A DNA stretch of 34,266 nucleotides, from IMG/VR virus record IMGVR_UViG_3300039071_000060, positions 1 to 34,266 of that record; one strand, written 5' to 3'. Shown here in pieces: positions 7,659 to 16,209 of the stretch. This DNA comes from a virus. Lineage: Duplodnaviria > Caudoviricetes. The notes beneath the pieces were generated by a model. That model saw only the letters and a list, made by a program, of their open reading frames with translations, had not been told where the DNA came from and ran no database searches. How positions within the stretch are numbered: position 1 is the stretch's first letter; the number at the start of each line of letters is the position of its first letter. A program made the translations under genes and the position numbers.

Positions 7659-8051
7659 ATGGGTAATGTGCCTTACGTTGCTGAAACACCCAACGGTCCG
7701 CTGACAGACCTCCAGGACAGGTTTGTAGATGCGTATGTGACCAATGGTGGGCGCATAGAAGCAGCCGCAATCGAGGCAGGTTACTCGCAGGACTCTGCAC
7801 GGACACTGGGTTCGAGATTGCTCAAGCAAGACAAAGTGTTATCCGAGATATACAGGCGGACCATGGGTCGTGTAGCAGTGGTCGCTCCAAGGGCATTGGA
7901 TGTAGTTGAGCGGCTGGCAGAATCCTCACGCAGTGACAAGGTTCGCCTTGAAGCGGCTGTAGATTTGCTCAATCGTGCGGGCTTGAGAGCCCCTGACCGC
8001 GTAGACCATCGTGTTTCTGGCGAGATCTCGGTGCAGATTGACCTTAGTTGA
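7659..8051 (+). CDS. terS: terminase small subunit
   Basis: LTDLQDRFVDAYV...AAAIEAGYS...GSRLLK HTH; VRLEAAVDLLNRAG. Confidence 0.88.
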   Translation: MGNVPYVAETPNGPLTDLQDRFVDAYVTNGGRIEAAAIEAGYSQDSARTLGSRLLKQDKVLSEIYRRTMGRVAVVAPRALDVVERLAESSRSDKVRLEAAVDLLNRAGLRAPDRVDHRVSGEISVQIDLS

Positions 8052-8195
8052 GGGGGTGGGGGTCCAAAAACGGGGGTGGTAGTATGGCAAGTGGTCCCCA
8101 ATCTGTATTTTTCCCCGAAAACCCTCGAGCACCCGCTCTGATATTTTTTCTCCCTTTGAATCTTTCGATGTTGTTTTTGGTGAGAGGAGACTGTG

Positions 8196-8342
8196 ATGCC
8201 TAAGGTTGGTGGTAAGATGTTTGGTTATGGTGGCGCTGGTATGGCCGCTGCCAAGAAGGAAGCTGCCAAGACTGGTAAGCCGATGAAGATGACCAAGATG
8301 GCAAAGCCTGCTGCCAAGCCGATGGCTAAGGGCAAGAAGTAA
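8196..8342 (+). CDS. 48-aa Lys/Ala/Met-rich basic protein (not in the ORF track)
   Basis: GAGGAG RBS; MPKVGGKMFGYGGAGMAAAKKEAAKTGKPMKMTKMAKPAAKPMAKGKK. Confidence 0.75.
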   Translation: MPKVGGKMFGYGGAGMAAAKKEAAKTGKPMKMTKMAKPAAKPMAKGKK

Positions 8343-8343
8343 G

Positions 8344-8526
8344 GTGACCAAGGCTCCCTCTCGTGTGAACGAGGCTGGTAACTATACCAAGCCTGGAATG
8401 CGAAAGTCTTTGTTCGAAGCGATCAAGGCTGGAGGCAAGGGAGGGAAGCCCGGTCAGTGGAGTGCCCGTAAGGCACAGATGCTGGCCAAGGACTACAAGG
8501 CCAAGGGCGGAGGCTATCGAGACTGA
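8344..8526 (+). CDS. small basic protein, DUF5872-like N-terminal half
   Basis: YTKPGMRK...KGGKPGQWSARKAQMLAKDYKAKGGGY. Confidence 0.7.
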   Translation: MTKAPSRVNEAGNYTKPGMRKSLFEAIKAGGKGGKPGQWSARKAQMLAKDYKAKGGGYRD

Positions 8527-8771
8527 TGAAGAAGCCGCAGAAGTCACTGGCTAAGTGGACCAAGGAAGATTGGCGCACCAAGTCTGGCAAGCCTTCGACT
8601 CAAGGGAAGGACGCTACTGGTGAGCGTTACCTTCCTGCCAAGGCGATCAAGGCATTGTCTGCCAGTGAGTATGCGGCAACGACGAAGGCCAAGCGCGAGG
8701 GATCAAAGGCTGGCAAACAGTTTGTTAAGCAGCCTACCTCGGTAGCCAAGAAGGTGAGGAAGTTCCGGTGA
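8526..8771 (+). CDS. small basic protein, DUF5872-like C-terminal half
   Basis: QKSLAKWTKEDWRT...ERYLPAKA...KKREG-like and GKQFV motifs. Confidence 0.7.
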   Translation: MKKPQKSLAKWTKEDWRTKSGKPSTQGKDATGERYLPAKAIKALSASEYAATTKAKREGSKAGKQFVKQPTSVAKKVRKFR

Positions 8772-9085
8772 GGAAGGAGCATAAGAACCCCGCTGGTGGC
8801 CTGACGGCTGCTGGCCGCTCCTTCTTCAAGCGAACTGAGGGCGCGAACCTGAAGGCTCCGGTCAAGGGTGCTGCCGATACGCCCGAGAAGATGCGGCGCA
8901 AGGGTAGCTTCCTTGTTCGCATGGGTAGTGGCGCTGGCCCGCTCAAGGATGAGAAGGGTAGACCCACTCGATTGAAGCTGTCTCTGGTGGCCTGGGGGCA
9001 TAGCGGTGACAAGGCGAGTGCGGTGGCCAAGGGCAGATCACTGCTGGCCCGATACAAGGCGGCCAAGGAACGCAAGAAGGACTAG
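8768..9085 (+). CDS. DUF6321-like basic phage protein
   Basis: KNPAGGLTAAGR...NLKAPV...SFLVRM...RLKLSLVAW. Confidence 0.7.
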   Translation: MRKEHKNPAGGLTAAGRSFFKRTEGANLKAPVKGAADTPEKMRRKGSFLVRMGSGAGPLKDEKGRPTRLKLSLVAWGHSGDKASAVAKGRSLLARYKAAKERKKD

Positions 9086-9137
9086 TCCATTGAGGCTGGC
9101 TTTGTGCGAGGTGTAGCGGTGCGACAAGGAGATTATC

Positions 9138-9377
9138 ATGTCGATTAGCTATAACGAAGCTTGGGTGCCTCAGGGTGCAGTTGCAGTCACGCCATCTAAC
9201 TCGGCGTTGATTAACTGCGTTGCTCTTTATGTGGGCGGAAGCGGCAACGTGGTGATCGACACGGTTGCCAATACCAGCGTGACGTTTGCTAACGTGCCGG
9301 GTGGCACTACGCTTTGGATTAAGGCGATCCGCGTAAAGACCGCAAGCACTGCTACTAATATTGTGGCGCTGTCCTAA
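9138..9377 (+). CDS. head spike base protein (RcGTA Rcc01079-like)
   Basis: AVTPS...ALYVGGSGNV...VTFANVPGGTTL.I...RV...TATNIVAL pattern. Confidence 0.75.
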   Translation: MSISYNEAWVPQGAVAVTPSNSALINCVALYVGGSGNVVIDTVANTSVTFANVPGGTTLWIKAIRVKTASTATNIVALS

Positions 9378-9595
9378 TGAGTTTTGGCGCTGGCATTCTG
9401 CTGCCTCAAAGGTATTCTCTTTCGGGCGCTAGTGGTTTTGGCGGCGCTGATGAGCCTACGCTTATCCTAGATTTTGTGGGCAGCAATGTGCCGTATGGCG
9501 CAACGCTCGATCTGGATTTTACCCGCGAGACATTTACTGCCTATACCACCGATCCAGCCGGGCAAGGCTTCCCGAACTTCTGGGCTTGGAGCTAA
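9377..9595 (+). CDS. putative head-spike anchor/adaptor peptide
   Basis: MSFGAGILL N-terminus and PTLILDF / ATLDLDF motifs resemble the N-terminus of Rcc01080-type fibres. Confidence 0.5.
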   Translation: MSFGAGILLPQRYSLSGASGFGGADEPTLILDFVGSNVPYGATLDLDFTRETFTAYTTDPAGQGFPNFWAWS

Positions 9596-9598
9596 CTC

Positions 9599-10807
9599 AT
9601 GCCGTTGACCAACTACGCCTTTGCTGATCTGATCACGTTCACGCGCTCCACCACGGCTACGTTCGTGGGCAGCAACGGCCTGATCCAGTCTGCGGCGATC
9701 AATGCCCCGCGCTTTGACTTTAGCCCCGTCACGCTGGCCCCACTGGGCCTGCTGATTGAGGAGCAGCGGGTAAACTCGGCGTTGTACTCGGAGCAATTTG
9801 ACAACGCCGTATATATCAAAGTTCGCTCAAGCATTACCGCTAACGCTACGACCTCCCCTGATGGAACTGCAACAGCAGATAAATTGGTAGAAGATACAAC
9901 CGTACTAAGCACCCATTTGATCCAACTGCAAGGCGGGTTTTCATCGTTTGTTTCTGGAACTACATATGTAATTTCTGGATACGCTAAAGTTGGCGAAAGA
10001 ACCTCTGCCTCCATAAGTATGGGGACGGACGCCGGGGTTTTTGCAGGCCAAAGCGCAAACTTTGATTTCAGCACGGGCGCTATCAGCGCGCAATCTGGCG
10101 TCGCTACTTTTGCAATGACTAACGCTGGCAACGGCTGGTATCGTTGGTCTATCGCCGCTACAGCAGCGGCGTCGGGTGCCGGCGCTATCCGTTTTTCAAT
10201 TATTGGGCCGTTGGGCAGTACTACCTACACCGGCGACGGCACCTCTGGCTTGTTTCTTTGGGGCAACCAAATTGAAGCTGGCGCGTTCCCCACCAGCTAC
10301 ATTCCCACCGTGGCTTCCACGGTCACCCGCGCGGGTGACGTTGCAGTGATGACGGGAACAGCCTTTTCAAATTGGTTTAACGCCAGCGAGGGAACGATTG
10401 TTTCAGAAACCGCGATATACAGCACGGCTGCGCGTAATAGCGCGGCGTATGATATAAACGACACAACCGGCAACAACCGAATTATTTATCGGACAATTAC
10501 AACAACCTCAACCGATCAAAATGTTATTCGCAGCGGTGGAGCGCTAATAGCAAGTCTTGTAAGCGGCGTGGCGGTTACTACTTCGCCTCGGAAAGCTGCT
10601 GTCGCTTACAGAGCGTCCGATTTTGCTTTGGTTGTAAATGGTTCAACACCTACCGCACAGTTAAGCGGCGCAGTACCTGTCTCTGTTACCCAAATGCAGC
10701 TTGGTTTAGCCGTTGGGCCTTCTGAATGGATTAACGGCCACCTCCGCAGAATAACATACTACCCCACTCGTCTCACCGACGCACAGCTACAGGCTTTGAC
10801 AACATGA
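9599..10807 (+). CDS. head spike fibre protein (Rcc01080-like, lectin-like C-terminus)
   Basis: TFTRSTTAT...PRFDF...GLLIEEQRVN; QIEAGAFPTSYIPT...VTRAGD; NGHLRRITYYPTRL. Confidence 0.8.
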   Translation: MPLTNYAFADLITFTRSTTATFVGSNGLIQSAAINAPRFDFSPVTLAPLGLLIEEQRVNSALYSEQFDNAVYIKVRSSITANATTSPDGTATADKLVEDTTVLSTHLIQLQGGFSSFVSGTTYVISGYAKVGERTSASISMGTDAGVFAGQSANFDFSTGAISAQSGVATFAMTNAGNGWYRWSIAATAAASGAGAIRFSIIGPLGSTTYTGDGTSGLFLWGNQIEAGAFPTSYIPTVASTVTRAGDVAVMTGTAFSNWFNASEGTIVSETAIYSTAARNSAAYDINDTTGNNRIIYRTITTTSTDQNVIRSGGALIASLVSGVAVTTSPRKAAVAYRASDFALVVNGSTPTAQLSGAVPVSVTQMQLGLAVGPSEWINGHLRRITYYPTRLTDAQLQALTT

Positions 10808-11085
10808 TCGACCTCTATCTCATGGCCGACACCGACGTAGAAATGCTTGCTGCCTTGGTCGCTGCGGGTGTTATCGACGAGGACGGTTTTCCGGTGGATG
10901 GTGTGTCAGTTGATCACATCGGGCCGTTTAGCCGCGTGACGGGATACGACAAGGCCGACGAGCCTATCGTCGCAGACTATCCTGATTGGCACACCAATCT
11001 GCGCGGCGACTTTACCGACGAACAGCTTGCTGCGTTAGAGCCGATCAGCGTTCACCCAGCAATCCCCCACCGCATTTGGGCGTAA
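10804..11085 (+). CDS. fibre-associated acidic protein (possible chaperone)
   Basis: ATGA-coupled to the fibre gene; function inferred from position only. Confidence 0.6.
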   Translation: MIDLYLMADTDVEMLAALVAAGVIDEDGFPVDGVSVDHIGPFSRVTGYDKADEPIVADYPDWHTNLRGDFTDEQLAALEPISVHPAIPHRIWA

Positions 11086-11088
11086 GTT

Positions 11089-11280
11089 ATGGCGTTCACA
11101 GGGGAACTCACCATTACGGATCGCATTCGCTTGCGCGCGATTGTCCGTAAGGTGCATCTCTCGCACTATCCGCAACACATGCTGGATAACTACGAGTGTG
11201 ATAAATTGATCGATGCCTGGGGGCCCGAGGTTGCTGGCAACATTGTCAAGGCAGCCTTGGACAAGGGGCTTGTTGCGTGA
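11089..11280 (+). CDS. hypothetical protein preceding terL
   Basis: Its stop overlaps the terL GTG start. Confidence 0.7.
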   Translation: MAFTGELTITDRIRLRAIVRKVHLSHYPQHMLDNYECDKLIDAWGPEVAGNIVKAALDKGLVA

Positions 11281-12785
11281 GTCTTAAATACAAGCCGGGT
11301 GGTGATACACTCAAGGCTTTTATGAAGGACGACCACTTCTTCCGTGGTCTGCGTGGTCCGGTAGGAAGTGGCAAGTCTGCCTGTTGCGCCATTGAAATGT
11401 TCCGCCGTGCTTTGGCTCAACAACCTAACGAGCAGGGTATCCGCCGCACAAGGTGGGCTGTGGTGCGTAATACCAACCCGCAGCTGCGAACTACAACGAT
11501 CAAGACTTGGCTGGATTGGTTCCCGGAAAACATCTGGGGCAAGATGCTATGGCATCCGCCGCCCTATACCCACCACATCAAGAAGGGCGATCTTGATATG
11601 GAGGTCATCTTCTTGGCCCTCGATAGGCCGGAAGATGTGAAAAAGCTGCTCTCGCTCGAGCTTACCGGCGTCTGGATCAACGAGGCGCGCGAAGTTCCCA
11701 AGCAGATTGTTGACGCCTGCACCATGCGTGTTGGCCGTTTCCCCTCGATGAAGGATGGCGGACCTACATGGTATGGCGTCATTGCTGACACGAACGCGCC
11801 TGACGAAGATCACTGGTGGCCAATCATGGCGGGCGAGGCTCCTATCCCTGACCATATTGGTAGGGAGGAATCCCTTATGCTTATCAAGCCGGATACCTGG
11901 GCATTCTTTACACAGCCCGGTGGTATGGTCGCTAATGTAGATCACGAAGGCGTGGTCACTGATTATCAGCTGAATCCGAAGGCGGAGAATCTTAAGAACC
12001 TTACGCCCAACTATTACCCCTCGATCATTACCGGCAAGACCAAAAGCTGGATCGATGTGTACGTCTTGAACAGGTTAGGTAGCCTGACAGATGGCAAGGC
12101 AATCTATCAGATGTTCGATGAGGTTGCTCATGTATCCAAGGAGCCAATCCTTTCAACGCCGGGTGTGCCTATCATCATAGGTCTCGACTTTGGTCTTACG
12201 CCCGCTGCCGCTTTCTGCCAGAACGTCCGAGGGCGTTGGTTTGTGTTGCATGAGTTGGTTGCCCAAGACATGGGCATTGTTCGCTTTGCCGAGATACTCC
12301 GCATAGAGATGGCGCAGCGATTCCCCGGCGCGCAGTTCGTAATCTATGGCGATCCTGCTGGCGACTATCGAGCTCAGACTGATGAGCGCACACCGTTCCA
12401 GATTCTAAGGCAAGCTGGACTCAAGGCCTACATTGCCCCGACAAACGATCCGTCATTGCGAATTGAAGCGGTAAGTAACCCCCTGAATCGCATGGTTGAT
12501 GGTCAACCTGGATTCATGATTGACCAGAGATGCGTCAATCTTATCAAGGGCTTCCGTGGTGGTTACCAGTATCGACGCCTTCAAGTTTCTGGTGGTGGTC
12601 GCTATGAGGACAAGCCTGATAAAAACAAATACAGTCACGTTCATGACGCACTGCAATATGCCCTGTGCGGCGGTGGCGAATCTCGAACACTGACCGTTGG
12701 CAGAGGAGATACCAAGCCTGTAGTGGCTCGAGCAATGTTCGATGTGTTCCGCAGGCAGCCTTCGATGCGCCGATCCGTTTTTTAG
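11277..12785 (+). CDS. terL: terminase large subunit
   Basis: Walker A GPVGSGKS, Walker B WINEARE, nuclease motifs GLDFG and HVHDALQY. Confidence 0.97.
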   Translation: MSLKYKPGGDTLKAFMKDDHFFRGLRGPVGSGKSACCAIEMFRRALAQQPNEQGIRRTRWAVVRNTNPQLRTTTIKTWLDWFPENIWGKMLWHPPPYTHHIKKGDLDMEVIFLALDRPEDVKKLLSLELTGVWINEAREVPKQIVDACTMRVGRFPSMKDGGPTWYGVIADTNAPDEDHWWPIMAGEAPIPDHIGREESLMLIKPDTWAFFTQPGGMVANVDHEGVVTDYQLNPKAENLKNLTPNYYPSIITGKTKSWIDVYVLNRLGSLTDGKAIYQMFDEVAHVSKEPILSTPGVPIIIGLDFGLTPAAAFCQNVRGRWFVLHELVAQDMGIVRFAEILRIEMAQRFPGAQFVIYGDPAGDYRAQTDERTPFQILRQAGLKAYIAPTNDPSLRIEAVSNPLNRMVDGQPGFMIDQRCVNLIKGFRGGYQYRRLQVSGGGRYEDKPDKNKYSHVHDALQYALCGGGESRTLTVGRGDTKPVVARAMFDVFRRQPSMRRSVF

Positions 12786-12839
12786 TCCATTGCTATAGCG
12801 CGACCAGTTTACCCAATAGGCCGGCAAGGAGCTTCTGGT

Positions 12840-13073
12840 ATGTGCATGAAAACCCCCAAGCCTCCAGTTCCGACTGCTGAGGAAACGGCAATGGAACAGG
12901 AGGCTAAGATTCAACGCGAATCTATGGCTGCCGAACGCCGTCGTGCGCTCTCCGAAATCAAGGAAGGCCGACTTGAATCTGAGCTTTCCCGTATTCGCGG
13001 CTCTGGTATGCGCTCACTTATTTCTGGTCGCCGTGGTGGTCAGGGCTTCCTTCGCTCTATGCTGGGCTCTTAA
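12840..13073 (+). CDS. small virion-associated protein preceding the portal
   Basis: MCMKTPKPP start, coiled-coil middle, G.RSLI tail; typical pre-portal gene in podophages. Confidence 0.6.
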   Translation: MCMKTPKPPVPTAEETAMEQEAKIQRESMAAERRRALSEIKEGRLESELSRIRGSGMRSLISGRRGGQGFLRSMLGS

Positions 13074-13076
13074 ACT

Positions 13077-14648
13077 ATGCCGGTAATTCCAACTCCGATT
13101 GTTCCGGTCACAGCCAGCGCTGGGCTGCTTGGCAAGTTGCAAGCTCGATATGCTCGGGCCAAGCAACTGCGGGAGCCGTGGATTTCGGAGTATGAAGAAT
13201 GCTACGAGTATGCGCTGCCTAGCCGCGAAAGCTTCTATGCCCAGGCTGCCGGCCAAAGCCGCACCGACAAGATTTTCGATGAGACTGCGGTGGTGGGTGT
13301 GCAAGAGTTTGCATCCCGCCTACAGGCTGGTTTGATCCCCAACTATGCACGGTGGGCAGAGCTTGTCTCTGGTAGCGAGGTGCCGGAAGATGATCGCTCT
13401 GAAGTGAACGAAGCGCTCGAGGCCGTCACTGAATATGTGTTTGAGGTAATCCAGAACAGCAACTTTGCTCAAGAAGCAAACGAGACGCTGCTCGATATTG
13501 CGCTTGGCACTGCTTGCATGAGGATTGATGAGGGCGATGCTCTTAATCCTGTGATGTTCACCGCTGTGCCCCTGCCTCAATTGGCATTGGATGTTGGGCC
13601 CGACGACAAGCTCGACACGATCTTCCGTGAGCGTTCTATCCGCACTTCGAACATTAAGATTGCTTATCCGAAGGCGGTCCTGCCTGCCGAGCTTGAGCGT
13701 GAGTTGGCAACTGGCGTGGACAATTTTGAGTCTCTAGTTGAGTGCGTGTACCGTGATTGGTCGGCTCCTGGCGAGGAGGTAAACATGCTTGCCGTGTTCC
13801 TTCCCCAGCGGAACCACATGCTCTTCACGGAAACCTATAAAGGTATTGGTTCCAATCCCTATGTTGCGTTCCGTTGGTCTAAAGCTGCTGGTGAAGTTTG
13901 GGGCCGTGGTCCTCTTCTGTCTGCTATGCCTGCTGTAAAGACCACCAATCTTGTAGTGCAGATGATTCTCGAGAATGCTCAGATGGCAATCTCGGGTATC
14001 TACACCGCAGAAGATGATGGCGTAGTAAACCCGGCAACGATCCGGCTTGTGCCCGGAACAATCATTCCTGTTGCTCCGGGTAGCTCTGGCCTGCGCGCCG
14101 TAGGCAGTGCCGGCAACTTTGATGTGGCTCAGTTGGTGCTTTCTGACATGCGCCTCAACATCAAGAAGGCGCTCTACAACGAGATGCTTGGCAATCCGAA
14201 CACAACGCCAATGTCTGCAACTGAAGTGGCACAGCGTATGGCTGACTTGTCACGGCAGATTGGTAGCGCCTTTGGTCGTTTGCAGGCAGAGTTTGTGAAC
14301 CCCGTGCTTCGCCGAGTGGTATACATCCTCAAGAAGCAGGGTCGCATCTCTATCCCGGTCATTAATGGCCGCGAAGTGAAGGTGCGCTCAACAAGCCCGC
14401 TTGCTCAAGCCCAGGCTTTTGAGGACATCAATGCTATCAACCGATTCCTTGAAATGGTACAGGGCCGCTTCGGCCCGCAGATGGTCAACCTATACGTAAA
14501 GGGCGACGAGACTACCAAGTATCTGGCTGCCAAGTTTGGTGTGCCGGAAAGACTGATCCGCGATGAGGCGGAACGGGAGCAGCTTGCTGGTCAGATAGCG
14601 CAAATGGGGCAAAATGGCATCGACACAAGCCAAATTACTGGGGCCTGA
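13077..14648 (+). CDS. portal / head-to-tail connector (T7 gp8 / BPP-1 type)
   Basis: IFDETA...FASRLQAGL; RWSKAAGEVWGRGP; MSATEV...GRLQAEFVNP. Confidence 0.95.
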   Translation: MPVIPTPIVPVTASAGLLGKLQARYARAKQLREPWISEYEECYEYALPSRESFYAQAAGQSRTDKIFDETAVVGVQEFASRLQAGLIPNYARWAELVSGSEVPEDDRSEVNEALEAVTEYVFEVIQNSNFAQEANETLLDIALGTACMRIDEGDALNPVMFTAVPLPQLALDVGPDDKLDTIFRERSIRTSNIKIAYPKAVLPAELERELATGVDNFESLVECVYRDWSAPGEEVNMLAVFLPQRNHMLFTETYKGIGSNPYVAFRWSKAAGEVWGRGPLLSAMPAVKTTNLVVQMILENAQMAISGIYTAEDDGVVNPATIRLVPGTIIPVAPGSSGLRAVGSAGNFDVAQLVLSDMRLNIKKALYNEMLGNPNTTPMSATEVAQRMADLSRQIGSAFGRLQAEFVNPVLRRVVYILKKQGRISIPVINGREVKVRSTSPLAQAQAFEDINAINRFLEMVQGRFGPQMVNLYVKGDETTKYLAAKFGVPERLIRDEAEREQLAGQIAQMGQNGIDTSQITGA

Positions 14649-14874
14649 CGGCTTCGTTCGAGCTCCCGTTGAGGAGCGTAAGCTAAACGAACTGGCAGCA
14701 TCGACCTTCAGTAGCAATGGAGCTCGAGAGTTCTTGGCTTATTTGCGCTCGATCACTATTGAGGCGGTCGCCGGTCCACACATTGGATCAGATGAGTTAC
14801 GGCATCGAGAGGGTATGCGCTATCTCGTAGCCATCATTGAACAGCGCATAAATAAGGGGAAGCAAAATGACTGA
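14614..14874 (+). CDS. Bbp19-like protein
   Basis: FSSNGAREFLAYL...EGMRYLV motif; sits between portal and scaffold. Confidence 0.7.
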   Translation: MASTQAKLLGPDGFVRAPVEERKLNELAASTFSSNGAREFLAYLRSITIEAVAGPHIGSDELRHREGMRYLVAIIEQRINKGKQND

Positions 14875-15598
14875 GATGGTGGAAGGCAATAACGGCGAGA
14901 CTCCGATTGAGAGCGCAGCGCCCGTTGACGAGTCGCGTCCTGAGTGGTTGCCTGAGAAGTTTTGGGTTGAGGGCAAGCCGGCCTACGATAAGCTGGCTCA
15001 ATCCTATGGTGAGCTCGAAAAGATGCGCGGCAATCTGCGCGAGAAGCTTGTCGAGGAATTGACGGCCGAGCGCCTAGCTGCGCGACCCGAGGCACCCGAT
15101 GCTTATGCGCTGCCGCAACATGAGAAGCTCGATCAGGAGCAACTTGAAGCGTCGGGCGTTGTCCAGTGGTGGCGTCAGTTTGCCCACGATCAGGGTTACA
15201 ATCAGGAACAGTTTGAAACTGCCATCAATACCTACGCCGATTTACAGGTGAAGGAGATTGAGGAAAGCTATCAGCGCGAGTTTCAAAAGCTTGGCGAAAG
15301 CGCAACTGCTCGCATTGAGGCGGTGCAGCTATGGGCGAACAACTACTTCAACGAAGAAGAGCAAGTTGCAATTTCCGCTGCTTGCACCAGTGCTGCCGGC
15401 GTGGCTGCAATGGAAAAACTAATGTCTGCCCTTAAGGGTTCAGGCGTTGTTGATAATGCCATGTTTGAAAAGAAGCCGGAGCCTACCCGTGCAGAGGTAG
15501 AGAAGATGATGCAGGATCGCCGCTACTGGCACCCGGGTGATCGTGATCCTGCGTTTGTTCGTCAGGTGGAAGAGTTCTTCGCCAAGACCTTCCGCTAA
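14867..15598 (+). CDS. capsid scaffolding protein
   Basis: RPEWLPEKFW, LAQSYGELEK, MQDRRYW; acidic; position before the capsid gene. Confidence 0.88.
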   Translation: MTEMVEGNNGETPIESAAPVDESRPEWLPEKFWVEGKPAYDKLAQSYGELEKMRGNLREKLVEELTAERLAARPEAPDAYALPQHEKLDQEQLEASGVVQWWRQFAHDQGYNQEQFETAINTYADLQVKEIEESYQREFQKLGESATARIEAVQLWANNYFNEEEQVAISAACTSAAGVAAMEKLMSALKGSGVVDNAMFEKKPEPTRAEVEKMMQDRRYWHPGDRDPAFVRQVEEFFAKTFR

Positions 15599-16077
15599 TG
15601 CACGTCCGCTTTATGGAGGAACGGGACATTCCCGTTGTCGTTACGCTTGGCAGCTTAATGCACCGTGAAGCGCCTGAGTATGCCGACTTCCAGTTTGATG
15701 AGGACAAGCTCGAGCGCCTTGCTTGGGTTTGTCTTTCTGAAAGGGATTGGTCGACAATCGTTGCGGAGACTGAAGTAAACGGCGAGATTCGAATCGTCGG
15801 ATTCCTTGTGGCCGCCGCAGTAGAAACTTTCTTTGGGCCTGACCGATTCACTGAGGACTTGGCATTCTATGTGATGCCAGGATTCCGAGGCACATCGGCT
15901 GCCATCAAAATGCTAACGCTGCTTGAGGTTTGGTCGAATGCCGTTGGCACAAAACGTGTGCGGATTGGCGTAACCACCGGAATCAATGGAGATGTGGCAG
16001 GACGGTTTCTGCTACGCATGGGTTACGTCGATAGTGGTGCCCTTTACTCTAAAGGAATTAGTCCATTGCCGGCTTAA
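15598..16077 (+). CDS. GNAT-family acetyltransferase
   Basis: VRFMEERDIP, IVGFL, acetyl-CoA motif FYVMPGFRGTSAA, FLLRMGY. Confidence 0.85.
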   Translation: MHVRFMEERDIPVVVTLGSLMHREAPEYADFQFDEDKLERLAWVCLSERDWSTIVAETEVNGEIRIVGFLVAAAVETFFGPDRFTEDLAFYVMPGFRGTSAAIKMLTLLEVWSNAVGTKRVRIGVTTGINGDVAGRFLLRMGYVDSGALYSKGISPLPA

Positions 16078-16209
16078 TGTATTTGCAAGAGATGACAGGC
16101 AGGCCCGCAAGGTCTGGCTATGGAGCCCGCCAGGACAACTCCTTTCGCATCGTTTGCGGATAACCGGCAAAAACCAGTTTTTCGCAAGCCTGAATGAAGG
16201 GATTAAACA

